A stretch of 63,947 nucleotides of DNA, counting the filler. It is 9 parts of 9 records of this genome, joined end to end, with 100 filler letters (N's around TTAATTAATTAA, not from the genome) between each part and the next. Parts side by side here need not be neighbours in the genome. Positions count along the whole stretch, not along the records: positions 48,606 to 58,789 come from SRR31147125_58314; positions 58,890 to 63,947 come from SRR31147125_58348; 7 more parts are not named here. One strand, given 5' to 3'. Every line of letters starts with the position of its first letter. Position 1 is the first letter of the stretch. Positions 56,080 through 63,947 of this stretch are shown one piece after another. Position numbers and translations under genes: made by a program. The notes beneath the pieces are model-generated. The model was not told the origin of the DNA. It ran no database searches and saw only the letters and a list, made by a program, of their open reading frames with translations.

Positions 56080-58737
56080 CTATTTCAGAGCTTGTATTTT
56101 CTCCATGCTCCGCTCAAGAATTTCCTTCTTTTCCAGCGCGGACTTCAATTTTCCCCGGTCTTTCTCAAGAACATGGGGTGGAGCATTGGACACAAATTTT
56201 TCATTGGACAGTTTCTTCTGGAAGAAATCGACATCCTTCTGCACCTTCGCCATCTCTTTCTGCAGACGCGCCTCTTCTTCAGCCACATCAATCAATCCAG
56301 CTAGTGGGATCAGAACCTCAACGTCCCCGGCGACCTGTGTAGAGGCCTGCTTCGGACGCTCCAGAGAGACACCAACCTGCAGTTTTTCGACACGGGCCAA
56401 TGCGTAGACGTACTGCTCTCCGGACTGAACGGCGGCGACAGCAGCCTCTGACTTGCAATCCAGAACAACTTCTATCTTCTTACCCGGGGGGACTTCGAGT
56501 TCACCACGAACATTCCGGATTGCTCGAATGACTTCCATGACTACATCCATGTCAGCAACAACAGAGTCATCAACAGACATCAATGCACCTTCCGGATAGG
56601 CACTCATCATGATCGAATCGGCCGGACGCTCACCCGGCAGCGCATGCCAGATCTCTTCCGTGACGAATGGCAGGATGGGGTGCAACATCCGCAAGAGCCC
56701 TTCAAGAACTGTGTAGAGGACCGCCTGAGTCTGTTTGCGCGCGTCTGCATCATCACCGTAGAGCACATCTTTACTCAACTCGACATACCAGTCACAGAAT
56801 TCATGCCAGGTAAAAGAATAAAGTGTGCTGGCGGCATCATTGAACTTGTAATCGTTCAGAGCGCTGTTGACAGTCTGTGCGGCCACCGCAAAGCGGTTCA
56901 GAATCCACTGATCCGCCTGTGACAGTTCCTGAGCGTTAAGTTCAACCTGACTCGGCTCAAAATCCTCCAGGTTCATCAGGGCAAAGCGGCTGGCATTCCA
57001 GAGTTTATTGACAAAGTTCCGATACCCGCCGATCCGATCCGTCGACAGCTTGATATCACGACCCATGGCCGCAAAAGCGCACAGGGTGAAGCGGAATGCA
57101 TCAGCACCGTACTCATCAACAATCGTCAGAGGATCAATAACATTCCCCTTACTTTTGCTCATCTTCTGACCCTGGGCATCGCGGACCAGCGCATGGATAT
57201 AGACCTCCTTGAAAGGCACGTCATCCATGAACTTGATCCCCATCATCATCATCCGCGCAACCCAGAAGAAAAGAATGTCAAAGCCAGTCACCAGACAGCT
57301 GGTCGGGTAAAACTTCTTCAGCGTGTCTGTCTGCTCCGGCCAGCCCATGGTTGAGAAGGGCCACAGGGCAGACGAGAACCAGGTATCAAGAACATCTGTT
57401 TCCTGACGGATGTTGGCGCCGCCACAGTGCTGACACGCGGTGACATCGTCCCTGGCGACGCTGATCTGGTCGCAATCGTCGCAGAACCAGGCCGGGATTC
57501 GATGGCCCCACCAGATCTGGCGGCTGATGCACCAGTCCTGAATGTTGTACATCCACTCGTAGTAGGTCTTCTCCCACTGAGCAGGAAGAATCTTTGTCTC
57601 GCTCGTTTCAACCGCTTTGATTGCCTGCTCGGCAAGGGGCTTGACCGCCACATACCACTGCTTACTCATGTACGGCTCAATAACCGTTTTACAGCGATAA
57701 CATTCACCGACAGCGTTGGCATAGTCATCTATTTTTTCAAGAAGCCCCTGGCTTTCGAGGTCTGCGACAACCTGAGCACGGGCGGAGTAGCGCTCCATCC
57801 CCCCATAAGGGCCGCCATTTTCGTTCACGATCCCCGACTCGTCAAGGACATTGATGAACTCCAGATCGTGACGTTTACCAATTTCAAAGTCATTAAAATC
57901 GTGAGCCGGTGTAATTTTCACAGCCCCGCTGCCGAACTCTTTATCAACGTACTCATCGGCAATGATCGGGATTTCACGATTGACCAGTGGCAGCAGAATC
58001 TGTTGTCCGATCAGATCCGCATAGCGCTCGTCATCCGGGTGAACAGCAACGGCCGTATCGCCGAGCATGGTCTCCGGTCTTGTCGTCGCAACAACAAGGT
58101 AACGATCGCTCCCGACAACAGGGTACCGAAGGTGCCACAGATTCCCCTTCTTCTCATCATGTTCGACTTCGAGATCGGACAGGGCGGTATGACAACGGGG
58201 GCACCAGTTGATCAGGCGATTATCACGGTAGATCAACTCATCTTCATAAAGCTTGACAAAAACCTCACGAACAGCCTGCGAAAGCCCTGCGTCCATCGTA
58301 AAGCGCTCACGCTCCCAATCACAGGAGGCGCCCAGCCTTTTCAACTGGTTGATGATCTGACCACCCGATTCCTCGCGCCATTTCCAGACCCTGTCAACGA
58401 AGGCGTCACGGCCCAGATCATGGCGGTCCTTCTTTTCACTGGCGAGCTGTTTTTCGACCACATTCTGTGTTGCGATTCCGGCATGATCTGTCCCCGGCAT
58501 CCACAGCACTTCATATCCACACATGCGCTTCCAGCGGCAGAGGATATCCTGCAGCGTATTGTTCAGAGCGTGACCCATATGCAGAACGCCCGTAACGTTG
58601 GGCGGAGGGATCACGATCGAATAATGAGGTTTCTGCGATTCTTCGTCGGCATGAAAATCACCGCGCTGTTCCCAGACGTCGAACCATTTCTGTTCGACCT
58701 GGCTCGGCTCATAACCTTTCGGTAAATTCGTGTTCAT
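56080..58737 (-). CDS. valS: Valine-tRNA ligase
   Basis: PPPNVTGVLHMGH, DWCISRQIWWGH, KMSKS, C-terminal coiled coil. Confidence 0.99.
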   Translation of the reverse strand: MNTNLPKGYEPSQVEQKWFDVWEQRGDFHADEESQKPHYSIVIPPPNVTGVLHMGHALNNTLQDILCRWKRMCGYEVLWMPGTDHAGIATQNVVEKQLASEKKDRHDLGRDAFVDRVWKWREESGGQIINQLKRLGASCDWERERFTMDAGLSQAVREVFVKLYEDELIYRDNRLINWCPRCHTALSDLEVEHDEKKGNLWHLRYPVVGSDRYLVVATTRPETMLGDTAVAVHPDDERYADLIGQQILLPLVNREIPIIADEYVDKEFGSGAVKITPAHDFNDFEIGKRHDLEFINVLDESGIVNENGGPYGGMERYSARAQVVADLESQGLLEKIDDYANAVGECYRCKTVIEPYMSKQWYVAVKPLAEQAIKAVETSETKILPAQWEKTYYEWMYNIQDWCISRQIWWGHRIPAWFCDDCDQISVARDDVTACQHCGGANIRQETDVLDTWFSSALWPFSTMGWPEQTDTLKKFYPTSCLVTGFDILFFWVARMMMMGIKFMDDVPFKEVYIHALVRDAQGQKMSKSKGNVIDPLTIVDEYGADAFRFTLCAFAAMGRDIKLSTDRIGGYRNFVNKLWNASRFALMNLEDFEPSQVELNAQELSQADQWILNRFAVAAQTVNSALNDYKFNDAASTLYSFTWHEFCDWYVELSKDVLYGDDADARKQTQAVLYTVLEGLLRMLHPILPFVTEEIWHALPGERPADSIMMSAYPEGALMSVDDSVVADMDVVMEVIRAIRNVRGELEVPPGKKIEVVLDCKSEAAVAAVQSGEQYVYALARVEKLQVGVSLERPKQASTQVAGDVEVLIPLAGLIDVAEEEARLQKEMAKVQKDVDFFQKKLSNEKFVSNAPPHVLEKDRGKLKSALEKKEILERSMEKIQALK

Positions 58738-58789
58738 GACAAGCCAATCCTTTAGTTATTCATGATCAGGTTCAGAGATAAACGGGTTG

Positions 58790-58889
58790 NNNNNNNNNNN
58801 NNNNNNNNNNNNNNNNNNNNNNNNNNNNNNNNNTTAATTAATTAANNNNNNNNNNNNNNNNNNNNNNNNNNNNNNNNNNNNNNNNNNNN
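58790..58889. other. Artificial contig spacer
   Basis: N-run/TTAATTAATTAA/N-run. Confidence 0.97.
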
Positions 58890-59027
58890 CCATGCCTTGC
58901 AGGTGAAAATTTTTACTTACCCATCGGTTGGACTTTTTACGGGAGTATCAATATTGGGTCTGCCTATTTTTAATTCCGCTTTGCAGAGCGCCGTTGATAA
59001 TGGTTCCGGCATGATTGGCTGCACGTA

Positions 59028-60613
59028 TCATGAACCTGTTGATTTAAAATCCTTGAGAACTTTTTGTGCCGTCTCCTGTCCGCCCATCATCACCGGGGTA
59101 TATCCCCCGCCGTGGGACCAGGCCCCGGCAAGGTAGAGCCCCTTTATGGGTGTGCGGGATTCAAGGTGGGGCATGTTGCGGTCATACCCGTAAATGGCGC
59201 CGTTGGTGTTGCCGGTATAAAAGATATTGGTCAGGGGGGTTCCGATCTCCATCACCTCGATCATATCCGACAGCCCCGGGATCAGCGCCGCTTCCACTCT
59301 TTGGATGAAACGGGCCGCGATCCTTTCTTTTTCCGCGTTATATGCGGCTTTTTTATTGTTGAAATAATCGGCTTCAAATTTTTCCCAGGGATCGAAATCC
59401 GCCAGGGTCATGATGGTCATGGTGGTCTTTCCGGGCGGGGAGTACCCCTTGAACAGGTTGTCGTAAATGGTGATGCCAAGACCGGAATCTGCCAGGTCCT
59501 GCCTTGGGTATAATTTATTCTTATGAATCCGGCCGGGTCCGGCCAGGTCAATTTCATAGTCTTTGATGTGGTCCGGCTGCCGGTTCAGCCCCAGCCAGAC
59601 GATAAAGCTGGAAAGGGATGTCTGCCGTTTCCGGGTATCCTGAAGAAAAGACGGCGGAATCACCTCTTGGGGCAGCATGCCGTTGATCAGCGCCGGCACC
59701 GGGCAGTTGGCGATTACGGCTTTTGCCGGATACACATTCCCATGGGAGTCTGTCACACCGGATACGCTGGGATTGCTGTCAAAAAGGATCCGGTCCGCGC
59801 GGGTGTTATATATGATTTTGCCGTTAAAGCCTTCTATGCCCTCTGCCAATGTGTCGCTTAAATCCTGGGACCGGGTTTTAAAGTACTGACCGCCGTGAAC
59901 CATGTATTCTCCTGTGGCAATGGCATAAAACAGGGCATTTATCTTCTCAGGCGGCAGCCCGTAATAGCCGGAGAAAATGGCCATACATGCCTTGACATCG
60001 GGATCTGTGACATGTGTACTCATCCACTGCTCAAGGGATTGGGAGGATAACTGCGCCATCATGGAGGTCCCGCCGCTTTTACCGCCCCAAAGCTCTGCAA
60101 TGACCTGCTCCATCTGGGAATAAAACTGGCGGATGCCCTTTTTTTCTTTCGGGAAAACTTTGGCCAGGGCTGATTTCACCCCTTCCGGATCTTTGGCCGG
60201 CAGGGTCAGGTCGAATCTGTCGGTTACGATCCGCCTCAGCTCCGGTGTATAAGCCACTTCAAGTTTTTCCCACAGTTTAAGGTCCGAAAGAATTTTCTGG
60301 GGCATGGCGTGCTCGGCCACCGTGGCATGCAAGGAGACATCAAAGGTAAAGTCCCCCCTTTCAAAGGCGGTGGCATACCCGCCCGGGATGCTGTGCTGTT
60401 CCAGCACGGTGACGTCAAAGCCGGACTTTGACAGGTAGGCTGCGCTGACAAGTCCTCCAAGGCCTGATCCGATAACGACGATTGGGAAATTTTTTTGTCT
60501 GGAACCTGGGCGGCCAGTGCACCGAAACCGGTCCAGTCCACGGCTGCCGAGCCTGCTGCCATCGCCAGGGTTTTGATACATGTTCTTCTGGATATTCTTT
60601 TTTTACCTGCCAT
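59028..60613 (-). CDS. FAD-dependent oxidoreductase, phytoene desaturase/retinol saturase-like, with Tat-like signal; frameshift near 60493
   Basis: MAGKKRISRRTCIK signal; VVIGSGLGGL, EQH..PGG, TPLT...GAIYG, GLYLAG. Confidence 0.85.
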
Positions 60614-60652
60614 GGGTCGGGTCTCCTGTATTCGCCGGCATGTTTGCCGGGC

Positions 60653-61101
60653 CTATTGTACTTTTATGGAAATTCTCTGTTCTGCCGAGTTCACGGTAAA
60701 TTTGGCATCCTCAAAAGCAGGCGGACCGAATGGGGCCCTGGCATTGTTGGAGAAGCCGTATTTTTCGGACGGGATGCCGAATATCAGGGTGTCCATTTTG
60801 TCATTGGCGTTTTCATCATGATAGACCTTGGCCGCATACTCGCCATGGGGGACCGTAACGGTCTGGCTGACCCCATTGTTCATTATCTTGAAGATGAATC
60901 CCATATAGGGGGTATCTTCGGATTCCCAGCTTTCCTTTGAGTTGGCAAGGGCCACCATGGCATTGCCGTCAGAACTGGTAAATCCGGTGATCTTGATTTC
61001 AAGGCGGGTGGTCCCTGTCTTTGCCTGATCACCGGCGGCCGGCTGAATCAGTATCAGGCCGATAATAAAAAAAGGGTAAAGATGGTTGTACATTGTTTCA
61101 T
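60653..61101 (-). CDS. DUF2141 family secreted protein; probable frameshift in the signal-peptide T-run
   Basis: GEYA..VYHDENAN.KMD....GIPSEKYGFSNN...GPPAF; SD GAGGAG before ATG 61101. Confidence 0.9.
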
Positions 61102-61190
61102 TTTACATTCTCCTCAATTGATAGGTGTCATCACCTCTTTTGATCTTATGGGGATGATACGGATTTAAAACTCAATGGCAATCAATAGGA

Positions 61191-61220
61191 GACGGATGGC
61201 AGAATTAGGGGGATGAATAA
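61191..61220 (-). promoter_or_regulatory. LytTR-type direct-repeat site 1
   Basis: GACGGATGG-N12-GATGAATAA, just upstream of a minus-strand TTGCCA-N16-TATCAT promoter candidate. Confidence 0.6.
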
Positions 61221-61330
61221 CCGATATCAAGGATAAAAGTAAAATATAGGAACCCTAAAGTTTTGACGGGGCGACTGAATGGTCTGCTGATCAGAATCCG
61301 GGCTGCTGGGCATAGGAATTTAAAAATTGC

Positions 61331-61360
61331 GACGAATGGTAGATTTCGGGGGATGAATGG
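61331..61360 (-). promoter_or_regulatory. LytTR-type direct-repeat site 2
   Basis: GACGAATGG-N12-GATGAATGG, 140 bp from site 1 with a similar spacer. Confidence 0.6.
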
Positions 61361-61452
61361 TGTTGCGCATCGGTTTGGAATTCAGTACGTTCGGGTATTG
61401 ATTCTGATACAGGAAGGCAAAAACAGCATAAGCAAAATGATGAGGAAACAAA

Positions 61453-61992
61453 ATGAACATTGTTGAAGCGCTTCCCCTGACGGTTTTTCTGGCATATGTC
61501 CGGCGCATTGACACCCAGGTACCCCGGAACTTTGAGGCCCCCTTTATTGTCAGCGGGCTTGCCGCTGCAGGGGTGATTATCCTCTGGGCATCTAAAAGAA
61601 AATTGTTTGACCGGATCTTTTTAGGGGTCAATCTCTATTTGATCGTCGGCGGCCTGGCATTTATCACCCATCAATGGTGGCTGAACAATATATACGATCA
61701 GCTTCATGCCTCGGGCATGATTCTCTGGATCGTCTTTGTGGGCATCGGATCCACTTTCTTCAGTCCCGCTGGATTTATCGGGGTGGCATCATCCGGTGCC
61801 CCTGTTAAAAAATATTCTGTTTACCTGTTATCCTGCGCTGTATTCATGTTTGCCGTATCATTTTTATACCGGGGCAATATCCTGGTTTCAGAGATTGCCC
61901 CTTTTATCGTATTGTTTCTATTGCAGAAAACATTCAGGGAAAAAGTGAATACGCATAGCATGACGGAGAAATCGGGGCCAGACAATGGGTAA
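61453..61992 (+). CDS. Multi-pass membrane hypothetical protein
   Basis: About 5-6 hydrophobic segments; SD GAGG; overlaps the kinase start. Confidence 0.75.
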   Translation: MNIVEALPLTVFLAYVRRIDTQVPRNFEAPFIVSGLAAAGVIILWASKRKLFDRIFLGVNLYLIVGGLAFITHQWWLNNIYDQLHASGMILWIVFVGIGSTFFSPAGFIGVASSGAPVKKYSVYLLSCAVFMFAVSFLYRGNILVSEIAPFIVLFLLQKTFREKVNTHSMTEKSGPDNG

Positions 61993-63067
61993 GTTTTTGC
62001 CACAGGGCTGTTGGGCCGCAGGCAAGGGAAGAACAGCGGATACAAGTCAGGCATATTGGAAGTCCATGGCCATGACAGCGGTGTTTGATACGGGTATCGC
62101 TCTGGTCCTTTATTTTATGGTCATCAAAAACGCCACTTTTCCGGAGATTTTTTTTATCTCCCAGTTTACCGGTCTGTCCATCTGTTCCTTTGTCCACCTG
62201 GGGATGTGGGTCAGTGAACATCGGCTGAACGGCTGGATGGCCCCCTGCATTGCCTGCGGACTGCTTGCCGGCATTATTGCCGGCGGCCTATTGAGCTGGA
62301 TGTTTTTGGCGTTTCTTCACGGTTTTGCCATTCCATATTATTACACCAGGGTGTTTCCCCAGATAGCGGTATTCGGATTTGTCTTTGGTGTGCCGATCAT
62401 TTATTTCTTTATGTCAAAGGCACAGCTGGAAGCGTCTGAACAACAAATCCAGGAAGAGAAGATCAGGCGTCTGACCATGGAGAAAGATGCGGCCATGACG
62501 AGCCTTGTACTGCTCCAGGCTCAAATCGAACCCCATTTTCTGTTCAACACCCTGTCCAACGTGATCATGCTTTTGGAAATGGACCCTGAAAAGGCAAAAA
62601 AGATGCTCATTGATGTGAACGCGTACCTGCGGATCTCCCTTGACAGGACCCGGCAGGAGATGATTACCCTGTCCCAGGAACTGGACCTGGTCCGGCGGTA
62701 TCTGGATATTTTTAAGGTTCGAATGGGGAACCGCCTGACTTATGAAATCAGTGACAGGACGGGCCTTGCCGACTTCTTGTTTCCGCCGCTGATTATCCAG
62801 CCCCTGGTGGAAAATGCCATCAAGTACGGACTTGCGCCCCAAGTGGACGGCGGGCAGATTTTGATCGACTGCCGCCTTGAAGGCGGCCGGGTGGTGATCA
62901 CGGTGTCGGATACCGGATGCGGCCTGGATGAAAACTCCGGTCAGGCAGGGATCGGTATTAATAATGTCAGCCGGCGCCTGGCAGGTGTTTATGGGAAAAA
63001 AGCAGGCCTGACACTGACACCCAATCTTCCCAGCGGCCTGAAAGCCGTGATAAAGGTGCCCATATGA
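61985..63067 (+). CDS. LytS/YehU-type sensor histidine kinase
   Basis: LQAQIEPHFLFNTL, QPLVENAIKYG, DTG.G, GIGINNV. Confidence 0.95.
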   Translation: MGKFLPQGCWAAGKGRTADTSQAYWKSMAMTAVFDTGIALVLYFMVIKNATFPEIFFISQFTGLSICSFVHLGMWVSEHRLNGWMAPCIACGLLAGIIAGGLLSWMFLAFLHGFAIPYYYTRVFPQIAVFGFVFGVPIIYFFMSKAQLEASEQQIQEEKIRRLTMEKDAAMTSLVLLQAQIEPHFLFNTLSNVIMLLEMDPEKAKKMLIDVNAYLRISLDRTRQEMITLSQELDLVRRYLDIFKVRMGNRLTYEISDRTGLADFLFPPLIIQPLVENAIKYGLAPQVDGGQILIDCRLEGGRVVITVSDTGCGLDENSGQAGIGINNVSRRLAGVYGKKAGLTLTPNLPSGLKAVIKVPI

Positions 63068-63828
63068 AGCAGTGGACAGCGGTAGTTGCAGATGACGAGG
63101 AAAACCTAAGGGCCGGGATGTGTCATACGCTGGAGAAACTCTGGCCTGAACTGGATATCGTGGGCCGGGCCGGGAACGGCATTGAGGCGCTTTCCCTGAT
63201 TGAAAATAAAAGACCGGACATGGCGTTTTTGGATATCCAGATGCCGGGGATGACCGGGTTGGCTGTGGCACAGAAGGTGTCGTCCTTTTGCAAGATTGTG
63301 TTTATTACGGCCTATGACCAGTATGCCGTCCAGGCCTTTGAAAGCGAGGCAGTCGATTATATATTGAAACCCGCCCCAGAGGACAGGCTTGCCACAACCA
63401 TTGACAGGTTGAAGAAACACCTGGCAGCAGGGTTGGGAAAAGATGCTGCAGATGCGGGTATACAAAAGGTGATCCAGGTCCTGAAAAACAGGGAAACACC
63501 GGATTATATACGGCTGGTGAAAGTTAAGACGGGCTGTGAGATACGTTTTGTACCGGTGTCGGAAGTTTTCTATTTCAAGGCCGGGGACAAGTATACCATT
63601 CTTCAGACACAGGATCATGAGTTTTTGATCAAGACGCCCATCAAGGATCTGGAATCCCGGTTGGACCCGGATACCTTCTGGCGGGTGCACAGAAGCGCCA
63701 TCGTCAATATCAACAGGATCAGAGGCATCAAGCGGTCCTTTACCAACCAGATGATAATCGCCTTTGACGGGATTGATCAGACCATCGCCGTGAGCCGGAC
63801 ATATGAGCATCTGTTCAGGCAGATGTGA
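63064..63828 (+). CDS. LytTR family response regulator
   Basis: ADDE, FLDIQMPG, TAYDQYA, YILKP; FWRVHRSAIVN, VSR.Y. Confidence 0.96.
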   Translation: MKQWTAVVADDEENLRAGMCHTLEKLWPELDIVGRAGNGIEALSLIENKRPDMAFLDIQMPGMTGLAVAQKVSSFCKIVFITAYDQYAVQAFESEAVDYILKPAPEDRLATTIDRLKKHLAAGLGKDAADAGIQKVIQVLKNRETPDYIRLVKVKTGCEIRFVPVSEVFYFKAGDKYTILQTQDHEFLIKTPIKDLESRLDPDTFWRVHRSAIVNINRIRGIKRSFTNQMIIAFDGIDQTIAVSRTYEHLFRQM

Positions 63829-63947
63829 TTTTAAAGAAGAATTTATATGGGATTGCCCCGAACAGGGCTCAGAGCCGCTGGATGATGTAAAGAAACATGG
63901 GCAGGCGGCTTTTGGTTTTCAGGTGGTAGAAATCAAAGAGGACCTCC

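Noticed and set aside
61191-61360. Repeats as a mini CRISPR array
   Set aside because: Only two degenerate units with a 110-bp gap and no cas genes; the 9-12-9 layout fits LytTR sites.

Overview
The window is not one locus. It is nine contig fragments joined by eight artificial 100-nt spacers (N-run, TTAATTAATTAA, N-run), so adjacency across spacers means nothing. Taxonomic labels below are impressions from gene content and composition. (1) 1-9085, Desulfuromonadales-like: argJ, hybrid kinase, secA, M23 peptidase, argA-like GNAT, recN. (2) 9186-18470, AT-rich, possibly FCB group: tRNA-Pro fragment, rdgB, small Cys protein resembling DUF4295/bL38, OMP, ECF sigma/anti-sigma/HtrA-like operon, holA, NSS transporter plus small subunit, uppP. 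(3) 18571-25246, Desulfobacteraceae-like: Lrp, lpdA, FeS protein, SBP, tsaA, multi-SBP sensor. (4) 25347-30789, Clostridia-like: two WYL genes, the second in frame with a Pol-beta/RlaP-type nucleotidyltransferase, divergent from a complete rtcB. (5) 30890-36761: hyfB-like, hydrolase, crcB, DUF190, tpx, REC-GGDEF, DUF3135. (6) 36862-42206: part of a giant PKD/RTX-like surface protein. (7) 42307-48505: pyrG-kdsA-kdsD-kdsC-lptCAB-rpoN-hpf. (8) 48606-58789: AEC transporter, short PrmA-like, a 165-bp palindromic MITE-like element, GGDEF, sdh/frdCAB, valS. (9) 58890-63947: Tat-signal FAD oxidoreductase, DUF2141 and a LytS/LytTR pair with LytTR-type boxes. About 14 genes, several of them housekeeping, carry frameshifts mostly at homopolymers, most likely sequencing errors. 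Best candidates for novelty: the WYL-WYL(-NTase)/RtcB putative RNA-repair regulon, and an apparently autoregulated ECF operon ending in an HtrA homologue that lacks all three catalytic residues. No CRISPR array or rRNA was seen.
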